This document shows, piece after piece, positions 1-9,967 of a stretch of DNA of 64,000 bases. Made by a program: the position numbers and the translations under genes. The notes below the pieces were generated by a model. That model was not told the DNA's origin, did not search any database, and saw only the letters and a program-made list of their open reading frames with translations. The stretch comes from Spirochaetia bacterium (GTDB lineage Bacteria > Spirochaetota > Spirochaetia > UBA9216): positions 1,760,001 through 1,824,000 of the forward strand of contig OY776510.1 of NCBI GenBank assembly GCA_963675665.1, written 5' to 3'. Position 1 is the first letter of the stretch. Every line of letters begins with the position of its first letter.

Positions 1-939
1 ATTTTATCAGCCGGCGGACAATCGGAAGAGGCAGGAGCAGAGACCAGAGCTCTGACTTTTGCCCATGTATTCGCTACAGACCATCCGGTCCATGTGGCGC
101 TTCTGGAAGCGAACGAAATGCTCAAGGAAAAATCGGGCGGAAGGCTTGAATTGACTATTTATCCGAACGGAACGTTTGCCAACTACAATGATGCGGTGCA
201 GGCTGTAATAATGGGCCAGCTGGATATGGCCCCTCTTGACAGTGCATCGGAATACTTGCCCAAATCGGGCGTATTGCTTGGTCCTTATGTTTTCAGGTCC
301 TATGCTCACTGGAACAATTTCAAGAAAAGTGGTCTTTACGGGAATTTGAAAAATGAGATCAGTGAGGCTGTAGGCGTTAAACAGCTGGACCACTATAACT
401 TCGGTTTCAGAAACGTAACCGGAAACAAACCGCTTACAAAACTTTCAGATTTTGAAAGGCTTAAATTAAGAGTGGTCAATTTTCCTCCCTACAATGAAGT
501 AGCAACAATTTTCAATGCTGTTGGAACTTCCCTGCCGATAGGAGACGTGTACATGGGGCTTCAAACCGGTGTGGTTGATGCCCAGGAAAATCCTCTTACC
601 CAGATAGTAACAATGAAATTCTATGAAGTTCAGGATTACCTGATGTTTACCCGTCATATGCTTGCTGTAGCGGGAACGATAATGTCTGAATCAACCTGGA
701 ATTCCCTTTCAGCGGATGATCAGAAACTTATTGAAGAAGTTTTTACATTTGAGGCAAACAGGATTGATCAAATTGTCCAGGAAAATGAAAATGCACTTGC
801 GAATCAGGTTAAGTCATACGGTATGACTATAATCGATGATGTGGATACCAAACCTTTCATGGACCGTGTTCCTATTGTTCTGGAGCGAAATCCTGAGTGG
901 GTAGATCTCTACAATCAGATTCAGAAAATTTCAGACTGA
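1..939 (+). CDS. dctP: TRAP transporter solute-binding protein DctP (5' end outside window)
   Basis: Frame is open from base 1 (ILSAGGQSEE...TFAHVFATDHPVH); motifs GFRN, GLQTGVVDAQENP, KFYEVQ; followed by dctQ/dctM. Confidence 0.93.
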   Translation: MLSAGGQSEEAGAETRALTFAHVFATDHPVHVALLEANEMLKEKSGGRLELTIYPNGTFANYNDAVQAVIMGQLDMAPLDSASEYLPKSGVLLGPYVFRSYAHWNNFKKSGLYGNLKNEISEAVGVKQLDHYNFGFRNVTGNKPLTKLSDFERLKLRVVNFPPYNEVATIFNAVGTSLPIGDVYMGLQTGVVDAQENPLTQIVTMKFYEVQDYLMFTRHMLAVAGTIMSESTWNSLSADDQKLIEEVFTFEANRIDQIVQENENALANQVKSYGMTIIDDVDTKPFMDRVPIVLERNPEWVDLYNQIQKISD

Positions 940-946
940 TAAAGCC

Positions 947-977
947 GGCGCCCTTCCTTCTTTCAGGGGGAAGGGTG
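947..977 (+). terminator. Intercistronic stem-loop after dctP (stabiliser or partial terminator)
   Basis: CCCTTCC...GGAAGGG inverted repeat; no U-tract. Confidence 0.5.
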
Positions 978-1001
978 ACACTTTCGGGGGAAGGGAAATA
1001 A

Positions 1002-1535
1002 ATGCGTTTTGAGAAGATTTATAACAGATCGCTGATCGTTACAAAAAAATTGCAGAAAATTGAGCTTGTTATCGGTATGATCTGTCTGGCGTTTATGCTT
1101 TCAATAATAGTATTGAATATTGTGTTCAGGTATGTTCTCTATAAACCGATTTCCTGGTCTGATGAACTCAGCAACTATCTGTTCATATGGATGAGTTTTC
1201 TGGCTTCAGCATATGTAATGGGCGATGATCATCATGTGAGGGTTACCGCGCTTGTTCAGCGGATGCCTGCAAAACCGGGGAATTTTATCCATCTGGCCAT
1301 GAACCTGGTAATGTTGACTGTTTTTGCGTCATATATTGTTCCTTCGCTTTCCATTCTCGGCGGATTAAAGAGATCAAATATGATGCGGATTCCGCTTAAG
1401 TTTGTTTATGTGATTATTCCCATAGCATTCTTCCTTATGGCTGTTCACGTAATTAACAATATAATTCGGGATCTTTACCGTATTGCAAACAGTAAAGATA
1501 CAACCGGTCCGGTTAAATCTGAATCTCTGGATTGA
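1002..1535 (+). CDS. dctQ: TRAP small permease DctQ
   Basis: Four hydrophobic segments, FRY...WSDEL motif, operon position. Confidence 0.92.
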   Translation: MRFEKIYNRSLIVTKKLQKIELVIGMICLAFMLSIIVLNIVFRYVLYKPISWSDELSNYLFIWMSFLASAYVMGDDHHVRVTALVQRMPAKPGNFIHLAMNLVMLTVFASYIVPSLSILGGLKRSNMMRIPLKFVYVIIPIAFFLMAVHVINNIIRDLYRIANSKDTTGPVKSESLD

Positions 1536-1546
1536 AGGAGGATTTT

Positions 1547-2842
1547 ATGCTGCTTTCTGTATTCCTGATTGCTTTTGTTGTAATGTTTCTTCTGGGTATG
1601 CCCATCAGTGTAGCCATGATCACTTCATCTTTTATCTATATTGCCATGAAAGGAATGAACCTGGGATTTATGGCAATGCAGATGTTTTCAGGACTGGACA
1701 ATTTTGTGCTTATAGCAATTCCGATGTTTATCCTGACTGCTGAAATTATGAACCGGACATCGGTTTCGGACCGGATTTTTAATTTTGCAAACGCTCTTGT
1801 CGGCTATATTCCCGGCGGCCTGGGGCATGTGAATATTGCCACGAGCATACTTTTTGCCGGTATGTCCGGTTCCGCAGTTGCGGATGTGGGCGGCATTGGA
1901 AATCTTAATTATGAAGCGATGGTAGACGAAGGTTTTGATGAGGAATTCAGTGCGTCCGTAACCATAGCTTCTTCAACTGTAGGGCCCATCATTCCGCCGA
2001 GCATCCCCATGGTTGTTTATGCCATGGTGGCTAATGTCTCTGTTGGAAAGATGTTTTTCGGCGGAATTATTCCGGGAGTAATAATCGGCCTGGTTTTAAT
2101 GCTTTATGTTCTGATTATTTCCCTGAAGAGGCATTATCCGAAAAGAAAGGTGGTTGCAATTCAGGTTTATATCAGGGACCTCGTTGCGGCGTTTCTTCAT
2201 GGAATTCTCCCGCTTTTTACTCCGGTAATTCTGCTGGGAGGAATATATATGGGAGTTGTAACCACCACGGAGGCTTCGGCCATAGCGGTTGTATATTCCC
2301 TTATTCTAGGCGTATTTCTTTACAGAACCATGAAAATGACTGATTTTATCGGGAGCCTGAAAAAAGTAGTAATTACATGCGGTTCCATTCTCCTTGTTCT
2401 GCCGGCCGCCAAGGTTTTCAGTTTTGTAATGACTGCGGAGAACCTGCAGAGCCATATATTTAATATTATGACCGCTTTTGCCGGGGACAATAAATTTCTG
2501 ATAATACTTTGTGTAAACATTCTGTTCATTATTCTGGGAGCCCTTTCGGATCCAACTATCAATATTATGCTTTTTGTTCCCATGGTTCTGCCTCTAGTAA
2601 TGGCCTCGGGAATGGATCCGATTCATTTCGGGGTTGTAATTGTAATAAACGCGATGATAGGCAATACAACCCCTCCCGTAGGTGTTGTTTTAATGACGGT
2701 CTGCGGAATTAAAAAGATCAGCTACGAAAGAACAATCAGGGAGTTGTGGCCTATGATCCTGATGCTTCTGGCAGGACTGGTCCTTATTATCCTGATTCCC
2801 CAGAGTGTCCTGGCAATTCCGAACGCTCTTTTTTCCAGATAA
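1547..2842 (+). CDS. dctM: TRAP large permease DctM
   Basis: FAGMSGSAVAD, GPIIPPSIP, DPIHFGV, TTPPVG motifs; GGAGG before ATG 1547. Confidence 0.95.
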   Translation: MLLSVFLIAFVVMFLLGMPISVAMITSSFIYIAMKGMNLGFMAMQMFSGLDNFVLIAIPMFILTAEIMNRTSVSDRIFNFANALVGYIPGGLGHVNIATSILFAGMSGSAVADVGGIGNLNYEAMVDEGFDEEFSASVTIASSTVGPIIPPSIPMVVYAMVANVSVGKMFFGGIIPGVIIGLVLMLYVLIISLKRHYPKRKVVAIQVYIRDLVAAFLHGILPLFTPVILLGGIYMGVVTTTEASAIAVVYSLILGVFLYRTMKMTDFIGSLKKVVITCGSILLVLPAAKVFSFVMTAENLQSHIFNIMTAFAGDNKFLIILCVNILFIILGALSDPTINIMLFVPMVLPLVMASGMDPIHFGVVIVINAMIGNTTPPVGVVLMTVCGIKKISYERTIRELWPMILMLLAGLVLIILIPQSVLAIPNALFSR

Positions 2843-2876
2843 GAAGGTATATAAATTATGGAGATTATAAAGCATC

Positions 2877-3644
2877 ATGAATGAGACATTAAAAGGATTG
2901 AAAATAGCGGGTATCAGGCCCGTAGTAGGTTTTGGGGTTTGTCTTGGAAGTACCAGGATAGCTGAAATGGCAGCAATGACGCGGTTCGATTATATAATGG
3001 TCGATCTGCTCCACAGCCATTTCAGCAAAGAGAGCGCAACAAATGCCGTCCGGGCTATCGCCAGAAGCGGGGGCGCAGTTCCTCTCGGCAGGGTTTCGAA
3101 TAATGATCCAGGTTCAATAAATGATTTACTTGATGCCGGGGCTATGGGTATTATTGTTCCCATGGTAGAATCCGCTGAAGAGGCTGTTAAAGCAGTAGAC
3201 GCCATTTACTATCCGCCCCTCGGTAAACGGTCAAAAGGAAGCCCGGCAGCAGTTTTTTACGGTCCGGACTATTATACGGAAATAAACAGGAATTTAAACG
3301 CTCTGGTAATGATCGAAACAGTTTCGGCCGCGGGCAAAGCAGATGAAATCCTTGCGGTGCCGGGAATAACCGGATGCCTGATTGGGGCCGGAGATCTTAA
3401 ATTTGAAATGAAGATGAACGGTACTCATTCAGAATTCATGTCGGTTGTTGACGGTGTTGTTGAATCCGCCGGAAAAAACAAAATTGCTGTCGGAATAAGC
3501 GTCGGCTCGCCGGACGAGTTAAAAACCTGGTGGGAAAGAGGAGTTGATTTTTTTCTGACGTCCCATGATATGGGTATTCTAAGTACGGCTATGAAAAAGT
3601 ATGACGAAAAATTCACAAAACTGGAAGTGCCTGAAAGAAGATGA
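2877..3644 (+). CDS. HpcH/HpaI family class II aldolase
   Basis: LLDAGAMGIIVPMV, YPPLGKRS, MIET, GAGDL motifs. Confidence 0.88.
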   Translation: MNETLKGLKIAGIRPVVGFGVCLGSTRIAEMAAMTRFDYIMVDLLHSHFSKESATNAVRAIARSGGAVPLGRVSNNDPGSINDLLDAGAMGIIVPMVESAEEAVKAVDAIYYPPLGKRSKGSPAAVFYGPDYYTEINRNLNALVMIETVSAAGKADEILAVPGITGCLIGAGDLKFEMKMNGTHSEFMSVVDGVVESAGKNKIAVGISVGSPDELKTWWERGVDFFLTSHDMGILSTAMKKYDEKFTKLEVPERR

Positions 3645-5143
3645 GTAACGAACAGTATTCCCTGAGTATAGATTTGGGCACAAGTTCATGTAAAGCTGCG
3701 CTTGTGGATCAGAATGAAAAAAATATTTTCTCTGCGTCCTCGGGGTATAAAACATATTCGGAAGCGCCCGGTTGGGCGGAACAGGACCCGGATGACTGGA
3801 TACAGGCTGCCGGTAAGGCTGTCGGAAAGGTTTTTAACGAATCGGGAATAAATCCGGATAAAGTCAAAGTTATGGCGTTAACAAGTGCCGCCCATATCGG
3901 TATTCTCGCTGATAAAAACAACAAGCCTTTGAACAGGGCTATATTATGGAGCGATCAGAGATCAGAACAGCAAGCCTCGCGTATACACAACCTGATGGGT
4001 GTTGAAATTCTGGATATAACCTGCAACAGGATTGCCGCTACCTGGACGCTTGCACATTTTTTATGGCTGAAGGAGAAGAAACCTGAAATCTGGAAGAAGA
4101 TTAACCGTGTCTTTTTATCAAAGGATTATCTTCTGTATTATCTTACGGGAGAATCTGTAACTGATCCGGCTACTGCCGTATCATCCATGTTCTGCGATTC
4201 ACGAACCTTGAAATGGTCGCCGAAACTTTGCGGACTGGCTGAATTAAATTTGTCTTCTTTTCCGGTGATCAGGGATCCCGGTGAAATAGCCGGCGTTCTC
4301 AATAATACCGGGGCCGGTCTTTTGGGGCTTAAACCCGGAACTCCGGTAGTAAACGGGTCACTTGACAGTGCGATGGAAACATACGGTGCCGGCGCCCGCA
4401 AAGTCGGGGATTTTGTGATAAGAATAGGAACAGCCGGAGGGGTTCATACAGTTACAGGCGAACCCTTAAAGAATCAGGAGTTGCTGACTTATCCGTACCT
4501 GGTTCCCGGGTTGTGGTATTCCCAGGCGGGCACGAACTCTGCCGGGTCTGCATTGCGCTGGGCGCTTGAAGCGTATGGCCTGGAGCCGGCAGAGGAGAAC
4601 TTTCATAAGCTTGCCATGGAAGCCTCAGGGGTTTTTGCGGGAAGCGACGGTTTGTTCTTTCATCCTTACCTTTCCGGTGAAAGAACACCGTATTGGAATT
4701 CGGATTTACGGGGCACTTTTTCCGGGATGACTTTTCTTCACACGAAAGCCCATTTTTCAAGGGCAATGCTCGAGGGCGTGGCTTTTTCAATCTGTGATGC
4801 CTTGCTTTCATTGTCTTCTACTGAAAAACTTCCCGATACAATTAATCTGGTTGGAAAAGCTGCTGAAAACCCTGTATTAACCGGGATTATAGCTTCAATA
4901 CTTAACAGGAAAATTTCTACTCTCAGTTCTGTTGATTCATCATACGGAGCAGCTTTGTTCGGACTTAAGGCTGCAGGATTGAGTTCGGCAGGCGGCCTAC
5001 GCGAAGCTGACGACCGGAAAACTTATCTTCCGGAGCCGGCGGATGTGGAAATATACAGGAATGCTTTTTCTGTTTACAGGAGCTATGCGAAACATCTTGT
5101 TATGATGTATGATAAAAACAAAACAAGTGGCGGTCATGGATAG
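3641..5143 (+). CDS. FGGY family carbohydrate kinase (xylulokinase-like)
   Basis: IDLGTSSCK, GWAEQDP, ILWSDQRS, PYLSGERTP, RAMLEGVAF. Confidence 0.9.
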   Translation: MSNEQYSLSIDLGTSSCKAALVDQNEKNIFSASSGYKTYSEAPGWAEQDPDDWIQAAGKAVGKVFNESGINPDKVKVMALTSAAHIGILADKNNKPLNRAILWSDQRSEQQASRIHNLMGVEILDITCNRIAATWTLAHFLWLKEKKPEIWKKINRVFLSKDYLLYYLTGESVTDPATAVSSMFCDSRTLKWSPKLCGLAELNLSSFPVIRDPGEIAGVLNNTGAGLLGLKPGTPVVNGSLDSAMETYGAGARKVGDFVIRIGTAGGVHTVTGEPLKNQELLTYPYLVPGLWYSQAGTNSAGSALRWALEAYGLEPAEENFHKLAMEASGVFAGSDGLFFHPYLSGERTPYWNSDLRGTFSGMTFLHTKAHFSRAMLEGVAFSICDALLSLSSTEKLPDTINLVGKAAENPVLTGIIASILNRKISTLSSVDSSYGAALFGLKAAGLSSAGGLREADDRKTYLPEPADVEIYRNAFSVYRSYAKHLVMMYDKNKTSGGHG

Positions 5144-5840
5144 AAACGAAGTACAGAACCTTGAAGATAAAATAAAAGCCCATATTCTTGAAAATGCGGA
5201 CGGTCCGGGAAGCAGAATAGAGACCGAACAGGAGCTTGCCAAACGTTTCAACGTCACCAGGTACAGGGTAAGGAATGTTCTCAACGGGTTGTCCCAGCAG
5301 GGAATAATTACAAAAACGCCCCGAAAGGGTACTTTTATCAACCAGCTTGATACCGATGCAATTACCAATAATATCAGGTTTAACTATCAGGTGTCCAATT
5401 TTAACCTGTATGAATCCATAGAAGCCCGTATTGTGGTTGAGCTTTCAATAATTCCTCTTGTTGTAAGAAGAATTACACCTTCTGGCATATTGGAGCTGGA
5501 GGGGTTTATTCACAAGATGCTTAATAATCTGGATGACCCCCAGGTGGCTGATGAGGCCGATATGGCATTCCATGCTGCAATGCTGAGGGCAAGCGGTAAC
5601 CAGCTCTTGAATTCTTTCAGTCAGATAATCAGCCAGCTTTTTCACCAGGTTGAGTACAGGAAAAGGTATTGGGAACCGGAAATCATTAAACAGCTTGCCA
5701 TGGAACATTTTTCCATTCTCGAGGCAATCCAGGAAGGAAATACGGATTTAACAGTCCAGCGGCTTAAACAGCATCTCAGTTATACAAAAAAGATAGAACT
5801 AGACGGTCTCAGAAAAGCGATAAACGGAAATAATTCCTGA
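5136..5840 (+). CDS. FadR/GntR family transcriptional regulator
   Basis: wHTH (TEQELAKRFNVTR...GTF) plus FCD domain (DMAFH, SGN, EH). Confidence 0.9.
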   Translation: MDRNEVQNLEDKIKAHILENADGPGSRIETEQELAKRFNVTRYRVRNVLNGLSQQGIITKTPRKGTFINQLDTDAITNNIRFNYQVSNFNLYESIEARIVVELSIIPLVVRRITPSGILELEGFIHKMLNNLDDPQVADEADMAFHAAMLRASGNQLLNSFSQIISQLFHQVEYRKRYWEPEIIKQLAMEHFSILEAIQEGNTDLTVQRLKQHLSYTKKIELDGLRKAINGNNS

Positions 5841-5865
5841 ATTTTATAATTATGCCCTTTATAGT

Positions 5866-6378
5866 TTAAAGTTCCTCAAACCTGGAAAAATCAAGCTCAG
5901 CGTCGGTATGCGGGGCAATTTTTTCATCAGCATAGCCGATAGCAATTAGAGCCAGAACCGTTTCGTTTTCTTTTAACTTAAAGAGTTTAGCCAGCCAGTC
6001 GGCAGAACTGCTGCCGTCTTCCCTGAGTCTTTTTCTAATCTGTACCCAGCATGAGCTGAGGTCGGCTGATTCAGCGGCAAGCTGAAGGATTATTGAGGCT
6101 ATGGAACAGTCTTCAATCCAGACATCGCTCTTGTCGGTAAGCCCTGTTACAGCAATTGCAAGAGGAGCGGTTTCAAGTGGAGTCGTCCCGTGCGGTTTCG
6201 CTTCCGCTGCTTTCCTGATAAGGTTTTTGTCTTTTATTATTATAAACCTCCAGGGTTTCTTGTTTTTCCCTGAAGGCGAGAGTAAGAGGCTCTTTTTAAG
6301 GATTTCAATTTTTTCATTTTCAACAGCATCCGGTTTGTATTTTCTTACGCTTCTGCGTTTATACAGCAGTTCTGTCAC
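5866..6378 (-). CDS. Nitroreductase family protein
   Basis: RRSVRKY, SPSGKNKKPW, EDCSIA, LSSCWV, IAIGY. Confidence 0.92.
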   Translation of the reverse strand: MTELLYKRRSVRKYKPDAVENEKIEILKKSLLLSPSGKNKKPWRFIIIKDKNLIRKAAEAKPHGTTPLETAPLAIAVTGLTDKSDVWIEDCSIASIILQLAAESADLSSCWVQIRKRLREDGSSSADWLAKLFKLKENETVLALIAIGYADEKIAPHTDAELDFSRFEEL

Positions 6379-6496
6379 AGCAGGCTCCTTGAATCAGGTT
6401 TTATTTATAATAGCATGAATTATATCAAGGTAATATAAGAGAATCAAATTTACTCTGAACCTGTTTTTTATTAAATTTAAACACAAGGAGTAACCA

Positions 6497-6706
6497 ATGA
6501 AACTGAGTGCAAGAAATCAGCTGAAAGGCAAAATTGTCAAAGTCGTAAAAGGAGCAGTGAATTCAGAGATTGTAATTGAACTGGCTGACGGTGTTATGAT
6601 CACTTCTATAATCACTAACAGCTCTGTTGATAATCTTGGTCTGGTAGCGGGGAAAGAAGCCTACGCGGTGGTAAAGGCTTCTAACGTAATGGTTGCAGTT
6701 GACTGA
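6497..6706 (+). CDS. mop: Molbindin / TOBE-domain molybdate-tungstate binding protein
   Basis: MKLSARNQLKG...SIIT...LGL...VKAS; AAGGAG RBS. Confidence 0.93.
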   Translation: MKLSARNQLKGKIVKVVKGAVNSEIVIELADGVMITSIITNSSVDNLGLVAGKEAYAVVKASNVMVAVD

Positions 6707-6804
6707 CCAGCAAGTTTAACAATCAAAACTCTCTCCGGCGGTATCTATATAATGTTTAGTATGGCCTGTGCAGCGTCCGATAATAAAATAAAGGATGGCT
6801 GCAT

Positions 6805-7125
6805 ATGGCGGAAAAACATTTTACCGAACGGGCACCGAGAATCCCTCTTGATGTTGAGGTTAATTTTGACGGTAATAAATTTGTATACAGTAAAAATATC
6901 AGCGAAACAGGTATTGCGCTGATATCAGACAGTCCGTTTGATGAAGGGCAGTTTATTCAATTGAAATTCACTTTGCCCGGTAATAATAACGAGATCCTGG
7001 CGCATGGAAAGGTTGTGCGGGTTGTTGCCGTTTCGGAAAATTTCTATGAATGCGGAGTCAGTTTCTGGGATATAGCTGATGAAGACAAGGAGAAACTTCA
7101 GGATTTTTTCAGGAATCAGGGATAA
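6805..7125 (+). CDS. Stand-alone PilZ domain protein
   Basis: ERAPR (RxxR-like) and NISETG (D/NxSxxG) motifs. Confidence 0.82.
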   Translation: MAEKHFTERAPRIPLDVEVNFDGNKFVYSKNISETGIALISDSPFDEGQFIQLKFTLPGNNNEILAHGKVVRVVAVSENFYECGVSFWDIADEDKEKLQDFFRNQG

Positions 7126-7140
7126 ATCAGCTGCATCTGC

Positions 7141-7437
7141 TCAGATGCTGTATTTATCCATATCTACTTTGCCATTTATTCCGAATTCAATGCATTCGGC
7201 TTCAAGCATCTTTCGCTGTAGTACTGCGCCTTCACCCTTCAGTGATATCCCTCCCGAACTGTTGATAACCCTGTGCCACGGCAGGTTGTGGTTTTCGCTC
7301 GAAGAATGAAGCAGCCTTGATACCTGTCTGGATGCGCGCGGATTTCCGGCAATTTCTGCTACCCTGCCGTACGACGCAACCTTGCCGTACGGAATGGCCG
7401 AGATAATATCTATCACAAGCTTCGAAAAATCAGTCAT
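7141..7437 (-). CDS. Alkyltransferase-like (ATL, MGMT family) DNA-binding protein
   Basis: IPYGKVASYG; PWHRV with Trp replacing the catalytic Cys of PCHR. Confidence 0.9.
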   Translation of the reverse strand: MTDFSKLVIDIISAIPYGKVASYGRVAEIAGNPRASRQVSRLLHSSSENHNLPWHRVINSSGGISLKGEGAVLQRKMLEAECIEFGINGKVDMDKYSI

Positions 7438-8269
7438 TGCGGTATGTCTCTATAATTTCTTCCGGGGCAATCGCAAGCGAGTAGTAGTAATGTGAATCCG
7501 GAGTTCTCCATCGTTCAAGTATATAAAATCCGGGGATAATTACTTCTGAAGTTTCGTTGTTGGTCTGAACAGATATGGTACCGATACTGTTTTCAATCAG
7601 TTTTTTTCCGGTTACAATTTCAACCGATACCTGTCGGGACAGGTCTTCAAGCGCCTGAGCGTCCGAAGCAGCGAATGAGTCTGCGACGTAACCGGACTTG
7701 AGCGCAACACCTACGCTTACAATGTATCCGGGTATGACCGGTATGGTGTTTGTCCACCCGGGAGTTCCGCCTGATGAAAAAGAGTCCCACAGAACCGGGC
7801 GCATAACTTCATCGGGCAGTTTTGCCGTCAGATAGGTTCCGTAAGTATCCCGGATGATGCTGATAACTTCCAGCCGGTCTATCATTTCGAGTGCAAGATC
7901 CCGGTCCCAGGCTATATCAAGATCACTCATGTATCTGAATGATGAGCTGACTTTTTCACTGTAGAATTTCGACACTGCTTTTACAGCTATATATTTTGAT
8001 GCCTGTTCGGAAGCATTAAGAAGCGCTGCGGCAGGTTCTTTTTCCCTGTTGCTCATTCTTGTCACATAAGCAAAAAAAACGGGGCTGTTTTTATGCGGCG
8101 GAGTAAGAAGGTGTTCGAGATAACCGTCGGTTGAAAAATCTATCGGTGTGGAATACTCCGTTATCCGGGTTTTTTCGGTTGTGCTGTCGCCTGTACTTGC
8201 GCAGGAGAATGAGATCAGTATCATTACAGTGCAAATGACGGCTGTTATGCCGGTCTCTTTTATATACAT
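7430..8269 (-). CDS. Lipoprotein, LPP20-like C-terminal domain
   Basis: Hydrophobic leader ending ISFSC; PGW...VSVG...A...ALEDLSRQ; start at 8269 or 8275. Confidence 0.65.
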   Translation of the reverse strand: MYIKETGITAVICTVMILISFSCASTGDSTTEKTRITEYSTPIDFSTDGYLEHLLTPPHKNSPVFFAYVTRMSNREKEPAAALLNASEQASKYIAVKAVSKFYSEKVSSSFRYMSDLDIAWDRDLALEMIDRLEVISIIRDTYGTYLTAKLPDEVMRPVLWDSFSSGGTPGWTNTIPVIPGYIVSVGVALKSGYVADSFAASDAQALEDLSRQVSVEIVTGKKLIENSIGTISVQTNNETSEVIIPGFYILERWRTPDSHYYYSLAIAPEEIIETYRND

Positions 8270-8403
8270 TCTCACAGTATATTATTCTTTTAAAGTAAGA
8301 TCTAATAAAAAATATGGTGTTGCGCTAAGTTCATCATAAATTACTATATGTTATTTATGACGGAATACTTGTCTTTGGATTTATATATTAGTAATTTAGT
8401 CAT

Positions 8404-9390
8404 ATGAACAGAAAGGAAAACAGAATTATTTTACTTTTCCTGACCATATTTCTGCTTTCAGTATTGGTTGTATCAATGGCTCAGGGTGAGCAGGAGGGCA
8501 ATTCATTGAACATTGATTATGATAATGATGCCAGAGCAAGGTTAAATAACAGGCTTGATACGGAAGCCTTTCGGGTAATAGAGAACAAGGCAACCGAAAG
8601 AGCATTTACGGGTGAGTACTGGGATCAAAAAGATGCCGGAACCTATGTCTGCAGAAGATGCGGAGAACCCCTTTACCGTTCTGAGGATAAATTTGATTCA
8701 GGCTGCGGCTGGCCGAGTTTTGACGATGAAATTGAAGGCGCCGTGATCCGTCAGACTGATGCCGACGGTTACCGGACTGAAATACTATGCAGTACATGCG
8801 GCGGACATTTGGGACACGTATTTACCGGCGAGGGATTTACCGATAAAAATACCCGGCATTGTGTGAATTCACTGTCGATGAGGTTTATCCCGGCTGAAGG
8901 TGAGACCGGAAGGGCTGTATTTGCGGGAGGATGTTTCTGGGGTGTTGAGTATCTTTTCAATAATGTTGAAGGGGTGATTAGTACTACAGTAGGTTATACC
9001 GGCGGAAGAACTTCATACCCTACATATAAGGAAGTATGTTATGAAGATACCGGTCATATAGAGGCTATGGAAGTGATTTATGATCCCGGAAAAGTCAGTT
9101 ACCGCGAACTTGCCAGGCTGTTTTTTGAGATCCATGACCCCACCCAGGCCAACGGACAGGGGCCCGACATCGGAGAACAGTATCTGTCGATGATATTCTA
9201 TGAAAACAAAACCCAGAAAGAAACAGCGCAGGAATTGATAGACATTCTCGGCAGCAAAGGTCTTGATGTTGTAACGCAACTAAGGCCGGTAAATGCTTTC
9301 TGGCCGGCCGAAGAATATCATCAGGACTATTATGTGAAGAACGGAAAAGCTCCGTACTGCCATTCGTATACAAAACGTTTTGACGATTAG
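8404..9390 (+). CDS. msrAB: Bifunctional methionine sulfoxide reductase MsrB-MsrA with signal peptide
   Basis: TERAFTG, CRRC, GCGWPSF, RHCVNS (MsrB); GGCFWG, AEEYHQDY (MsrA). Confidence 0.95.
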   Translation: MNRKENRIILLFLTIFLLSVLVVSMAQGEQEGNSLNIDYDNDARARLNNRLDTEAFRVIENKATERAFTGEYWDQKDAGTYVCRRCGEPLYRSEDKFDSGCGWPSFDDEIEGAVIRQTDADGYRTEILCSTCGGHLGHVFTGEGFTDKNTRHCVNSLSMRFIPAEGETGRAVFAGGCFWGVEYLFNNVEGVISTTVGYTGGRTSYPTYKEVCYEDTGHIEAMEVIYDPGKVSYRELARLFFEIHDPTQANGQGPDIGEQYLSMIFYENKTQKETAQELIDILGSKGLDVVTQLRPVNAFWPAEEYHQDYYVKNGKAPYCHSYTKRFDD

Positions 9391-9818
9391 GTTTTGATGA
9401 CGCCCTTTTTGAGGATTACATTCGCATAAAGGGCTGTTTCGCCTGTTGAAACAACAGCATACGCCTGTTTTGCCCGTTCGTAATATTCAAAACGCTCGAT
9501 CATCTCATATTTTACGTCGAAAGCTTCGTGTTTTGATACAATCCTTTTAAATTCGTCCCATATTACCGGAATGGTGGTATCTCCGGGGACAACCTCCATA
9601 AGGCCGACCTGGAACTCGGCAAAGGTGTCCAGTGGGAAAAGGGTCAGAATTGCGTCCAGCAGTTCTGGCATCTTGTGGCCGTCGGCCCTGACAAGTCTTT
9701 GTGCGTTTGAGGCTGCCGGAAAATTGGCGTCCCCGAGAACAATGGTGTCGCCGTGTCCCATTTCCTGCATAATTTTAAGAAGCTCCGGTGAAATAACGGA
9801 TGGAATTCCTTTCAGCAT
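9387..9818 (-). CDS. fucU: RbsD/FucU family mutarotase
   Basis: MLKGI...MGHGDTIVLGDANFPA, TGETALYAN...KKG. Confidence 0.9.
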   Translation of the reverse strand: MLKGIPSVISPELLKIMQEMGHGDTIVLGDANFPAASNAQRLVRADGHKMPELLDAILTLFPLDTFAEFQVGLMEVVPGDTTIPVIWDEFKRIVSKHEAFDVKYEMIERFEYYERAKQAYAVVSTGETALYANVILKKGVIKT

Positions 9819-9967
9819 AGATTTTCTCCTGTAAATACTGCCTGAAGCGGTGAAAAAACACGGAAGGCAGTTTTAAACACGAATTTTCTAAACAACATTA
9901 TAGCATCAATTTTCCTGATCAGAAGCCGTTTGTTGAAAATGTCTGATTTTTATAATAGTATCACCAT

